Shown: positions 1-13,007, numbered from the stretch's first letter. The stretch is 64,000 nt of DNA from Octopus vulgaris (GCA_951406725.2 OX597816.1:31124001-31188000); one strand, 5' to 3'. Notes: a model not told the origin generated them from the sequence alone. Made by a program: numbers and translations.

Positions 1-1325
1 CGTTTCACATTCTGCATCTTTTTCACATGACTTATCATAAATTATCACTAAATCATACCTCAAGACAAACTATGTCATTTCAAATGAGAACTTGAGAAGA
101 TATTTGATAATATACTATTGAAATAATTGTTCGAAAAATGGCGTGAGTGGTCATCGCTGAAGTATTCTTATGTTATGAAAATGTTGCATTAACCAAAACA
201 AAAAAAATATAGGATAGCGGTAAGAATAGCAATGATTTATTGGCACTATTCTAATTAGCCAGAGCGTATTTCACAAGTGATTGTCAGCTCAAAGCTTGAT
301 AGCCATCAATCCAGTTAATTGCTGAATACCTGACAATTGATACGTTCTACTATTTAGGCTTCTCGTTTCTAAAACAAATAGTCTATTACGAATGATTTGC
401 CTTCTGACAGGAAGGGAAACATGTCAACACACAGCTCTGAAAGCACAGATCTTTCACGCCCGTTTCGTCTTTTCCTCTACACACTCTCCAATGCTCTCAA
501 TATCTCTCTATCCTTCTCTCTCTCACTCTCTCTCTCTCTCTCTCTCTCTTGTTCTTTATCTCTCTATCTCTCTCGTTCTTTCATTCTCTTTCTCGCTCAG
601 CCATACACACACAAGCACAAAAAGAAGCACACAAACACGTGCACCCCAATACACATACAAACGCACACGCAAACATATTCGTACGTAGATACTATCTCAC
701 AGACATTTATGTGTGAATACTTATATGCATGAATGCATATCTAATGAATATATTATATATGCATATATGCTTATGTAATATATACACATACATATGTACA
801 TCATCTACATATAAAAGAGTATGGGATCGACTGTTTAAAAACAATATCACATCGTTTGACGTTTTGCATTATATGGCTTTGTTCCCGACACTCGTTACCA
901 TGTCAAAAATTATAATTAACAGAGTATCATGAGTCCTCTACTTTACAAACACTCAATTGAAATTTAAATGTTTCCTTATATGAAATACTGAATATTCAAT
1001 ATAAATTTAAAATACAAAATATTAAATATTAAAGTTAATTCTAAGTATATATTTTGTGGATTTTTAACGTTTATTTCAAAATTTCAAAATATACAATGTT
1101 ATTAATAATATTTAGGGTGTAAAAGATATGTGTATGCTATTATATGTATATGTACACAAACACACACGCACACACACACACATACATACACACACACACA
1201 TATAAGTAAGGATAACATCGATATTTTAATACAGGTCTTAGATGGCCAGCATGGAAATAAAAACTATATATATATATATATATGAAACAAATCTTTTTTC
1301 TTAAACTTTCGTAACACATACACAA

Positions 1326-1382
<57 letters not shown>

Positions 1383-1384
1383 TA

Positions 1385-2100
1385 CATATTTGTGTATGTG
1401 TTACGATAGTTTAAGAAAAATATTTGTTTCATATCTAGCGTGAACTACACATCTCTTCAGTTTCTCTAAGCATTAACCGTTCTCTGCAAAGAATGTTTGC
1501 TTCAAAACACGAGAACGCCGGTGATAGTTCAAGAAATAATCCTCTTTAAATGTATGGCGAGGCGAGTTGTCTTCCTTCACTTGATAGCTAGGTTTTCCAA
1601 TTTTGAAGTAAACATTTCCGAAAATGTGGACAACTCTCCACGGCTTCCATCCTGGAGTTATGGTAGCTTCCTGACTCATGTGAGTTCATGAGAATTATAA
1701 ATCTTTATGGTAAACACAATTTACACAGTCTTGATCCATTACGACAGGGTCCACAAATTTCCAATAACTTCCGCCTGATGTTAAAGGGCGTATGATCGTC
1801 CTTTAGTCGCTATACGTATGCTGCAATGGTTGTTGTGTTCTATTTTACCGGGTCCCTAAAAGATCTGTGATTGCTCAGGCAAATTAAAAATCTGTATTCA
1901 CAAGATCTGACACAAATTTTACTTTGTGTCCCTGTGATGGCATTGGTGTTATTGATATTTGTGCTGCTTCTGTTTGAGGCTATCTTTGCTTGGTACACTG
2001 TAGGCTCAGTATAACATCGGCCGTCAGAGGTCATTCATTCCTAATCCTGTCTGAACAAACTGCCCCTGTCCCTGGCTTAAGATTGCTAAGTAATTGATTC
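1385..2100 (-). mobile_element. Penelope-like element (Naiad-type) 3' remnant: decayed Cys-rich linker + GIY-YIG endonuclease + 3' pLTR with hammerhead motif
   Basis: Manual minus-strand translation through one frameshift and several stops gives NQLL..CSDRIRNE*PL/DGRCYTEPTVYQAKI..KICVRSCEYRF..NHRSFRDPVK*NTTTIAAYV*RLKD..FNIRRKLLEICGPCRNGSRLCKLCLP*RFII..YHNSRMEAVESCPHFRKCLLQNWKT*. This matches the CxCR..CPLxGxC / VYxA / H..SF / CxLCLxE / LNxRSE..CxH pattern of Naiad-type PLE endonucleases. The element ends at (TA)n. Confidence 0.85.
1414..1465 (-). ncRNA. Minimal type-I hammerhead ribozyme motif (degenerate stem III) in PLE pLTR
   Basis: Minus strand reads AGAAA-CTGAAGA-G-ATGTGTAG-TTCACG-CTAGATAT-GAAAC-AAAT-ATT-TTTCT. 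Stem I is AGAAA/TTTCT, the core is canonical CUGANGA, stem II has 7 of 8 pairs, followed by GAAAC. Position 16.2 is A instead of G. Confidence 0.7.
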
Positions 2101-2105
2101 GTAAT

Positions 2106-2374
2106 ATTGTGTTTAACCAGAAATATTTATAATTCGCATGAACTCACATAGGCCAGGAGGCTACCTTAAATCCAGGTCCGAAGCCTTGTGGAGTTGTTCA
2201 CATTTTCAGAAACTTCTTCTTAAAAACTGGAAAACCTAGCTATCAAGCGAAGAAAGACAGCTCGCCTGGCAACATTTTAAAAGAGGATTGTCTCTTGAAC
2301 TGTCGCCAGCGTTTTTGTGTTTGAAAACAAATATTCTTTGCAGAGAACGGTTACTCTTTAGAGAACCTGAAGAG
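2106..2374 (+). repeat. Inverted pLTR copy of the PLE (right arm of fold-back with ~1454-1722)
   Basis: Reverse complement of ~1454-1722 at roughly 80% identity by eye. Encodes the same C-terminus (..YLKSRSEALWSCSHFQKLLLKNWKT*) and ends in AGAAC-CTGAAGA-G, where a SINE interrupts it. Confidence 0.9.
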
Positions 2375-2498
2375 GACTTTGCCTTTCATCCTTTCGGGCT
2401 CGATAAATTAAGTATCAGTTACGCACTGGGGTCGATATAATCGACTTAGTCTGTTTGTCCTCTCTGTGTTTAGCCCCTTGTGGGTAGTAAAGAAATAG
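2375..2498 (+). mobile_element. 5'-truncated SINE (Deu/Nin-like domain family)
   Basis: gactttgcctttcatcctttcggg..cgataaattaagt..cagttacgcactggggtcgatataatcgac..tagccccttgtgggtagtaaagaaata; same family as 30746-31530. Confidence 0.85.
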
Positions 2499-3901
2499 AT
2501 ATGAACCTAATGGTATATGTATAAGTATATGGTATATGTATATGTATGTATATATATATAATAAGAAAATGCAGAAAACCTAAGATTGACAAAAACATCG
2601 ATTGGACAATATTCATAGCTTATTTTTAATGAAAGCATGACGTAACAAATAGGTGACATAACAAAAACGGTGTGGTTGTGCTATAATATTTTGTATATAT
2701 ATACATATTGTATAACAACACCGTTTTTTACCACTATTTTATGATTGATGATTATGAGCGAATAGAAGCAAATGCAAATTTTACATATGTTGATATTCAT
2801 GTGTGTGTGTGTGTGTATCAGAATGAATATCCGCTTATCTTCATTCTCGTAATATTTAGAAGTTCGTTCTGTATTTGGCTTGCTTATTGTAAATAAACAG
2901 CGTGTAAATGATGGATTTTGTGTAGTATGAGCCACGTGACGAAAGGTGATGTGGAAGGCACAAATATATCAATGAAGGCCATGCTCTCTGAAATATGATT
3001 TTAGAAAATCCTATTCTAATTTCTCCATAGAAATGTATAATTCAAGTATCAAGCATGAATTTCTTATGTTATTCGAGGTAGGGGCAGCGGGCTTTTTTAT
3101 TGATAAACTGTAAAAGAAGGATTTGTAATATATGTTATTCGTTTTCAAGATTGCAAGTATTAAATCGTAATACTTCAACGTTGAATGTCGAAAAGCGTTA
3201 AGTATTCATAATTCCTTAGAAGAAAATATAGAACTTGTAATATGAATGTGCATGAAGAAGTGTCATGGCAGATGGAAAATAAGGTTCCACTTTATGTTTG
3301 TATTGCCTGATACGTTTTATAACGATAAATATGACAGCATATAGAAGTAGATACAAGGATGAAGAAAAAAGACACAAGAAATACGAAAACAAATACTCAG
3401 TGTGAGCCCATTTAAATTGTAGCTCATATGATTTTTGTTTGCATTTTGTTTCAGGTGATAACAATTCAACCAAAATACAGCTCTTTATATATCAACTGAC
3501 GTATTCAATTGAATTGGTGGCATATCTTAAACACTATTGCTTAAAGTCATGTCAATTTTTGTGAAGAATGGAATGTCTTATTACGACGAAACTATTCTAG
3601 TTAAGAGTTTCTCATCCTACATTTATATGTATATAATATATTCACAGTAGAGTGGTATCACTTCTTTATCTATCTCAATAAACACACATGCGCACGTGCA
3701 CACGCACACATTCATTGCAATCCTACATCTATACTGTATGTTACTTTTTGCTGCGTAACTTGTTAAAATCATATATACCATCTTTTATTTGTATACTTGA
3801 ATTATATAATAGATCAAAATTTAATTGTGGATTTTAATGATCAATACACTATTAGAATCCTGAAGTCCGTCAGCACGCATTATCATTGCAACAGCAGACA
3901 G

Positions 3902-4082
3902 ATTTTCAAGTGATATTTTTTCCGCACATTACGTTCTAGATTCAATTTTGTTTTAAAGAAAATGAAATAAAATCATAATGAATTCTGCTTTACACAACTA
4001 TACCGCTTTGCATATATATCATTGACATTAGAATTTTCAAGTGATATTTTTTCCGCACATTACGTTCTAGATTCAAATTTTG
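3902..4082 (+). repeat. ~45 bp near-perfect direct repeat pair
   Basis: attttcaagtgatattttttccgcacattacgttctagattcaa occurs at ~3902 and ~4033. Confidence 0.9.
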
Positions 4083-4379
4083 CGATAGTCATTCCTCATT
4101 CCTTGATAAAATAAAATGCCTGTCAAGTTACTAAAGTTGCCAGTATCGACTAACGCACTTCCTTCAAAATTCCTAGCCTTGTGCCAAAATTTGAAACAAT
4201 TTACTAGATTCATCTAAAATTGTTAACCCCTTCAAACAAGTTTACAAATAGATTTACAAATAGAGAATTAGTTATTAAATAAATACATTTTTACTTAAAA
4301 GAATGTACAGCCGCATATGATATTGTTTTTATGTTCCTCTTCATTCTCATAGTTGATGTATATGTCCGATGATCCATCT

Positions 4380-6200
4380 TCCTGCTGAGCTACGATGAAG
4401 ATATTACAGATGTACTGCTGTGTTGGGCATTGTTTCGAAAATATTTTATGAGAAAAATTTTAAAGCTTATTCTCATCTAATTATGGCATAAAATGTTATG
4501 GCGGTTAATTTTGAACACCCATAGTTCGAACAAGGAAAGCTCTGTACATGAAATGTAGCTAATTGAAACAAGCTGTTTTTATGTTATTGTCAATTACGTT
4601 GTAACTTTAAAGAGAATTTTTAAAACAATTATATTTTGAACTTTATGTCGTACAAACAAACGAGGATTTTTATGGGTGCAACAACAAAGGCATGCAAAGG
4701 GCTAATACGTTTAACTACATTTATAGCTGATCCATGAAAGCTCGTTCCAAAATTTCTCCTTTATAAGAACTAACTTATTTTAGGTGAATTCGAGTAAACG
4801 TCAGGTCTATCATATTCATTTTTTGATATATTCATATCTAGGCTTACATGGCGTATGGCATGTCTTCAGTATTTTCGGACTAAAATATTCATTTCCCTCT
4901 CCAGTTCCAACTCTAGCTGATGCTCCTATAAATGTTTCACTCAGAATTAGCAACGACAAGGGCATGTAAATAGGCATTCGTGTAAACATAATTAGAACAG
5001 CATTTATGGCTCTTCATGATGCTATAATATTAATATGAATAAGACGCATGCAAAAGGGATTTATGAAGTATTTTCCGTATATACGTTTCAGGATAGGGTG
5101 TCTTTGAAATTACAATTAGAAAAGTAAAAAAAAAAAAAAATTCATTTATTCTGTTCCTAAATATATGTATTAATATATCAACACTTTCTGTTTTGATAGA
5201 ACAGAAAACACTCTTCAGTTATGCTGGAAGTAATGAATAATGCCTCTAATGAACTTATATACTAACACGTTTTTAGTGAATAAGAATTCACTTATATCAC
5301 ATTTCATTATATAGTTGTCTAGAATTTATATAGAACCGTATCGTATATATTAGAACATTGCCTTATCCAAAATATATTATAATGGCTATATTAGATGCAA
5401 CATTTAAAGTATATTTTAACAATATTTGAAATATCTCCCATTTAACTGCTGTAGGAGTTTTAAAACAATAAGAACATTCTAACGTCAATGATATATATGC
5501 AAAGCTGTATAGTTGCGTAAGGCAGAATTCATTAATATGATTATATTTCAATTTCTTTAAAACAAAATTTGGAATTACTTCTCTCCATCGTTGATACTTC
5601 AGCTTATACTTCTCTAATACAAAGCAAAAGTTTATTCACTGCAATTTATAAGTAGCAGTCTAACCATACATATTTAATTGTTAGTTAAAATTTTGCAGAT
5701 TGTTATATGAGCTCTCCGTTTAAAATGACATACCTTGAGATGTAAAATATTTAGATCAGTGTCGTAATGATAATTACATTCGAAATCTTCTCGATGGAAG
5801 AATGTAAATCATATGTGAATGGTATATATATATGCAATGTTGAATATTTGTTTAAAACAGTCTACTTTAATAAGCTTGCTTTAATTTTCTTTAGAACAAA
5901 ATTTGGAGATATTTCTGTCAATCTTTAAGGCTCAATTAATATTTCTCTGATGAGAAGCAAAATCTTCATTCACTTAGAAACTATAGTTAACAGAATATGT
6001 TACAAACTAGATTCGCGTTCACATGTTCTCAAAGCAAGAAAATATATATTAGTACATGGTTCTAAACAGGAATGTAAATGGAGAATATGTCTCCTCGCCT
6101 ACCTATGTTAATGGTTCATCTACTAAACGAACATACCATCACGCCAAGTTGTTTGACTTCATAGAAGCCCATTACATCATGGAAACAATTTGAGATAAGA
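4380..6200 (+). pseudogene. Possible heavily decayed leucine-rich-repeat (TLR-like) coding remnant
   Basis: Stop-ridden fragments resemble LRR units: FMGATTKACKGLIRLTTF (~4670), LEVMNNASNELIY (~5225), ILEHCLIQNIL*WLY*MQHLKYI (~5350), and an LRR-CT-like FAFTCSQ..STWF (~6010). Diverged internal repeats at ~5550 and ~5885. No intact ORF. Confidence 0.25.
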
Positions 6201-6223
6201 TACTCAAATTAGTGCAACAAGAC

Positions 6224-7521
6224 CAGCAATGCACAATACGTCTGGTATTGTGGTTATATTTAGTCGTGACAAACAACCATGCGGTACCCACAACTCCAGT
6301 ACATCATTATATTATAAAATTTTCATTCTTTTTTTACAAAAAAATACATGTTACCCAAAGGAATTAAATATCGATAACTAAAAAGAAAAAGATATATATT
6401 CTACTAGAAAACGATACAACATGGTTAGATTAATTCTGATGTATTTCTGAGGATTGCAACTAAACACTGCATTTAAGTACAAGATCAGCAATATTTTCGG
6501 ATCTTTTCGGTTTGAACGGCAGTTTTTAACATAATTTCTAAGTAACTAAAATATTTTAAACTTCGTATACTGGTAGAATGTGTTTATAAAACATATTTTT
6601 CTCTTGGCTTTATTGAGAACATTCTATAGTTTGTAAGATAGTTGGTCTTTAATTTCTTGCATTTCGGCAATTTCAACCAATCAATGACCGTCTATTGAGG
6701 TGAAAACATTCTGTGCCGTATGAATATGTCCCTCGTTTAAGAAACAGATTGGGTTTATTTACATTTGTGAAGAAAACAAAAGATACCCTTCCCCCCACCC
6801 CTAACCCTAACTAACCCTAACCCCAAAACAGATTGAAATGCAATAGATCGATACGAGTGTCATAATTATGGGTGACAATTTCATATGATACCGCTAGAAA
6901 AAAACTGCCGTTCAAAACGAAAAGATCCATATCTGCTTAACACGACAAGTCACAATCAAAACTATCTTAACTTTTATCGTGAAGGAAATTACATTGAATA
7001 ATTCATAGTGGATAAATTTTGTCAATTTTTGTCATTGTTTACGTTGTCTTGGCACAGGTTAGGCATAATCTCTCACATCTGAGATCAAACATAAAACTGA
7101 CACCATCGCGTACTTTGTTTTGGGGTGTAAAGATACTGACTCGATGCAGAAATGACTTTATATTTCAAGATGTCTACGCAGGAAGCATCCTAGGAAGCGC
7201 CAGGAACGATATATCTCATTTCTTACCACTTCAAGAAATCAAAGAGAGATATAATCCTAAAAATCCCATAGCAACTCACAATACTTCTGATATTGTGGCT
7301 GTATATTGTCGTGTCAAACAACCATGCGGTAAACACAACTCCAGTACATCATTTTATGATTAAATTTTGATTGCTTTCACAAATAATACATATTACTCGA
7401 AGGAAATAAATATTGATAACTAAAAAGAAATATATATATATATTCTACTAGAAAACGATACATGGTTAGATCAGTTTAGATGTATATTTGAGGATTGCAA
7501 CTAAACACTGCATTTAAGTGC
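6224..7521 (+). repeat. ~255 bp direct duplication (6224-6480 and 7270-7521)
   Basis: Shared blocks include caaacaaccatgcggta..cacaactccagtacatcatt, gataactaaaaagaaa, tattctactagaaaacgataca and gaggattgcaactaaacactgcatttaagt. Confidence 0.9.
6499..6928. mobile_element. Non-autonomous DNA transposon (MITE) with ~28 bp TIRs; possibly Merlin- or hAT-type (8 bp TSD)
   Basis: TIRs are GGATCTTTTCGGTTTGAACGGCAGTTTTT and AAAAACTGCCGTTCAAAACGAAAAGATCC (1 mismatch). Flanks atattttc / atatctgc match 6 of 8. Internal (CCCTAA)-like repeats at ~6799-6823. Confidence 0.85.
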
Positions 7522-9332
7522 ATTAAATAAAGCTATTGCTCTTCCTGTTGTTACATGACCTTAAATTGAAAATGCGTTTAGACGTCCATGCCTTGCCAAT
7601 AACCATTACTACAGTAACAGGAATGAAAAAGTGGAATCGTACAATAAACACAACTTGAAGTATATTTTTGGCATGAGTTCTGTCGTTAACAATTTGAAAA
7701 ATACTATGTAATGCTTACAAATTTTGTCACAAGGTTAGTGATTTTAGTGAAGGGAACTCAGTAATTAATTAGTATTAATTTTATTGCTTTCAAAAAGATA
7801 ACAGGCAAAGTTGACCTTGGCTGAATAAGAACTCAGTAAGTAGAGAACCGGGTGATCCGCTGCTCAACATTTTGCCTGAGGTCATAATGATTCTGTCAAC
7901 TTGATGCGTCAAATATAAGACAAAGTAATAATGCAATTCGAAACAATATGCTTGTAACTAAATGTTTCTCTGTTAGAATCTTTATGCTAATATTTTAGCG
8001 ATTCCGGTTGTTACAGAGACCTAACAATTCTGTTATTAAATCTATGGAAATAAGTGAAAGCGAGTAATATGAAAATAAAATAATATTTTGACATGAAAAT
8101 CGAATTTGTATTATAAAGTCTTCAAAAATTCGAAGAAAGGGTTGTTGATATCAAGAAGAGAAATATAACAGATTCTTCTGGGAAATTTATGCACGAATGT
8201 ATTTTTAGATTAACAGAACACGGTAATGTGGTAGCAGTTAAATGATAAGACATAATTTTAAGATTTCTACGTTTCTTCTTGCCTGCGTTGTTATTATTAC
8301 TATCAAAGTTAACGACATCCATATCAACAGAATAAGTATGAATTTTAATTTAGCCTTTAACATCAAGTCTTGGATTTTAGGAATAACTTTCTCATGCCTT
8401 TATTACATTGTGCCTCTTTTAAGACTGTGATGTATAATCGGCTGCTATTTCTAGCACCTAGTGGTTTTTACGAAGAGAACTAATGTTAAGTCGCTTTATG
8501 AACTTAGTTACTAAACCCTTGAATCATTTCATAATTTTTCTCATCCAGCTTATAAAAGGAGTAGAACTGATATCATTGATGGCAAAATATAATCAAGATA
8601 TTCATATCAAAATGGGTTTTATATGTGCACAGTTAAAATATTCTTCAGAAAGAGGCAGAGACTGACTGTTACTGCCCATCAGTCACATATGTGGTTAATA
8701 TGTTGCACGCTAATCTTTAAATATTCATAAGCGCGTGTATTGCCGAGCGGTTATAAAACTTGTTTCACCATATTCCCTTCCCTGATATTTTCCCTCTATT
8801 TACTATGTTGGATATATATAATTGTGGATGGCATTGGTTGGGTCCATTTATTAAATATGAGTAAGATTTATTATATGGAAACAGTGCAGAAGTTTCTGAG
8901 ATAGTCACTTCTTATTACATTGCCTCTGGCTTATGGCTACCTCGAGTAGAATTATCTGTGGAATACACAAGATTTGACTATTCAGTTAATCGAATTGTTT
9001 GAAAACTCATCTTTGGTAATTCATCGATGTCCATCTATCATTGGGGGTTCATCTTTATGCTTTAATTATGTAATTCGATATTTGCAAGTAATTACGGCGG
9101 TTTCAAGACTTGAGGAAAAAGCAGTCTTAGTGGTAGTGCGGGTCTTGAAGAATAATGCGAGTAGCTGATACCTGATGAATATAGTGGAGCCGGTTAGAGA
9201 TGTTAGACTCCATAGGAAATATTGTCAGTAGATGGTCAGGAAGAGAGAAGCAATGACAGTTGCATACAGTAGGGAATGAACGTGTGTCAGTAACAGAGAT
9301 GTAAAGAGAAACATTTTGGGAGAGATAGAGAC

Positions 9333-9367
<35 letters not shown>

Positions 9368-10449
9368 TAGAGAGCAAAAGAGATAGAGAAAGGGCGAGAG
9401 ATAGACAGAACAGACTTCAATAAGTGGTTTACTGAATGTATCTTCATGAGTTGGATAGCAATATTTTGAATACTTAGCTTGAAATATTTCTGCTTGTTGA
9501 ATGTTTTTGATGTGGTATGATGTTTTGGGGTATGAAAGCAGAGAAAGGTTGGTTATTAGAATGGAAGACGTAATTATCATGATGACCAAATTATACGAAT
9601 TCTTTTACAGATATGCACAATGAATAGTATATCTGCCTATATGTGCAATTTGTAGGCGACAGGCTAACCACACATATTTAGTTTTTAGTTGAAATATTGG
9701 CTAAATTTCTGCAGAGCATTATACACACTCCTTTTAACATGATATACCCTGCGATGTAAAATGTAAAGATAACTCAGGTAATAATGATTACATTGCAGTT
9801 CACCTCGATAATATTTTGCTCATATAGGAATTGCTCTTGTGTATGTGGAGGATGTTTAGCTTGAAATAAGAAGACCCATGTAAGTTGTTTACAAATATTG
9901 TATGCAACGAGTACATGGAGCAATATGTTGTCATTTCAAACGATGATGTTCTCTGACTCAAGTCAGATTTGCCGGCGGCTATGACTAGCGAGTTGCATAA
10001 CCTAAAATATATGGTTCCCTACTGACATATTTTCGGCTATATAGGCCATCGATAATTTCGATCAATCTAGAGGAAAATGATTTCATCTTAGCTATAGATT
10101 TTCTATACCTAATCATATCACTTCTGAAGATCTGTAGTGTTTGATAATAAATGATTAAATCATGTATCGATATGTCAGTTCGTTCATCAATTGTGTCCAG
10201 CAACTATATATACACGCTAACTATCAACACTATCTAAAACCGAGGTAATAATGTAAACATTGATTTGCAGCAACATAGAAATTACGAATGCTGAAATCAT
10301 AAAGATCTTAATTATATCTATTAAGTTGAAAATTAGAGGTTTGTCGGTCAGCGGTTCAACCGTGTTTATACTCTTTATTCTTATGACAACAGGCGACCAT
10401 TTATCTTCTTTATCAATGAAAGTTGCGGACCATAAAAGAAATATTTTTG

Positions 10450-10508
<59 letters not shown>

Positions 10509-11037
10509 ATGCATGTATGTATTCAAGGAAAGAGAAAGAGAGAGAGGGGGGTTAGTGAGAGAAAGAAAGAATTGAAATTTGTAAAGTTGTAATTACATTC
10601 TTGGAGGCAAAGACATTGTAACAATAGAAGAATTTTCACATAGGCAAGAAGCCAAATAGTTGAAGACGATTTCACAACACCGTTAAGGCAATGAAATCTT
10701 ATTGCGCATAGATGTATAGAAGGCTGACTTTCAATTTTGTGGCAAAATATTGTTTACAATTTAACATCAGTGTTCTGTGGGAAAGTACAATTAAGAAAAT
10801 ATCCGGGAGTGGGGTTCATTGAAATAATTCTTCTATATCACGACTCATAAATTATGTATGCAATTGAAATGATCTCTACAGTGTGCAACGAAAACATTTT
10901 ACTGTATGGATTTGAATATTTATGAATAAATTACTATGAAGACAACAATCAAATCATCAATAAATCAGTCAATCAATCCATAAATCAATATATATATATA
11001 TATATATATATATTATTTTATGCTTTTATATATAAAC

Positions 11038-11179
<142 letters not shown>

Positions 11180-11245
11180 TGTATCTGTATGAATGTCTAT
11201 CTATTTATCTACCTAACTAGCTAGCTCTCTCTCTCTCTCCCTCTC

Positions 11246-11282
<37 letters not shown>

Positions 11283-11650
11283 GTATATATATACATACAT
11301 AAAATATAAAAGAGATTTAAGGAAGAATGTTACGATCGAGAATGTGAATCACTATGAACCTTTTGTATGTGCAGACGATGCCTTTCCTTTGCTGGGCTCA
11401 AATTTCACATTTGCGAACCCATGGAAAACGAACCTCTACCAACTATTCTACCTGTCTGTGCCCACCTTTGAATGCAATATATACCAGAAGGTTTGAAAAT
11501 CTAATGGTGACCCTAAAATACATTTTGAAATCCACAAATATCAAAACTTCTCTATAGCTGTTGATGGTCCATATCGGATATGCAATCCATGTGGGTGTCT
11601 TTTCAGAATGTTGTCTGGTTTAAAAAGCTACATCAAATGCCAGTATGTTC

Positions 11651-11877
<227 letters not shown>

Positions 11878-11885
11878 TATATATA

Positions 11886-12922
11886 CAACCCAACATGCTG
11901 TAGTCGAAGGAGTCAAATCCAGCCCAGCCAAAGTCAGCAGTGGTGTCCCACAAGGCACTGTGTTAGGCCCACTTCTCTTCATCATCTACATAAATGATAT
12001 TACTGACACCATCAAACACAGTAACATCAGAACCTTCGCTGATGATTCCAAGCTCCAGAAGGTCATCAATGGCGTGGATGACCGAATAAACCTTCAGTCA
12101 GACCTACTGGCTGTTGTCCAATGGGCGGAAAAGAATTACATGTTGCTAAATGAAAACAAATTCGAACTGATCCACTTTGGAAGGGAGGACGCTCTGAAAC
12201 TCCCATACTCTCTTCCTTCTGGAGAAATTCTCATGGCATCCAACAACATCAGAGACCTGGGAGTAACAGTGGACAACAACATAAGCTGGGCTACACATAT
12301 AAGCAGCAAAGTTGACATGGCCCGCAGAATGTGTTCCTGGATTCTCAGAACCTTCCAGTCGAGAGATTCCCATGCTATTATCCTTCTCTTCTCCACTTTT
12401 GCCCGACCCCACCTTGAATACTGCTGTCCACTGTGGTCTCCCAACACAAAACAAAATATTATGAGAATTGAAGCTCCCCAAAGGTCAATCACAAAAAATA
12501 TAGATGGCATGTCAGACCTTGACTACTGGGGTAGACTAGAGAAGCTGAAATTGTATTCACTCCAACGACGCCGTGAACGCTACATTATCTGTATGATGTG
12601 GAAAATATTCCATCAGCACTGTCCGAATGATGCTGGCATCACCTTCAAAATGCATCCAAGGCTTGGACCACGTGCCATCCGTCCACAACAAAAATCTAAA
12701 TCACATCACATAACGACAATACGGCACAACTATTTCACCTCAATTGGACCCGTTCTCTTCAACATTACACCAGGACACGTCAAAAAAGAAACTGACCACA
12801 CAAAATTCAAGAAGTCTTTGGACAAATTCCTTCAAACAGTACCGGACAAACCACCCACACCCGGATATGTCTCCGCAAACAATAACTCTCTGCTCGAATG
12901 GGCCTTGGTGCCCAAATCCTGA
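11886..12922 (+). CDS. Reverse transcriptase fragment (N-truncated, uninterrupted) of CR1-like LINE
   Basis: RT motifs PQG and FADD in an open frame. The ORF-track start at 11855 comes from the flanking repeat and is not a genuine start. Confidence 0.85.
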
Positions 12923-13007
12923 ACTGAAAGACTTCGCCAGGTGGTGCTATTAAGTTAGACATGGCCTGGGCCAATACTGGCCAAAAACCTTTCTAAGTTA
13001 TTCTAAG

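Noticed and set aside
6799-6823. Telomere or chromosome-fusion scar
   Set aside because: Only about four imperfect CCCTAA units, located inside a TIR-bounded MITE.
7019-7363. 114 aa ORF as a host gene
   Set aside because: No recognisable domain, non-ATG start, and its 3' part lies in a duplicated block whose other copy shows no corresponding ORF.
11556-11600. Hammerhead-like CTGTTGA-tggtcc..ggata upstream of the 40 bp repeat
   Set aside because: GAAA is absent (GCAA) and stems I and III are not supported.
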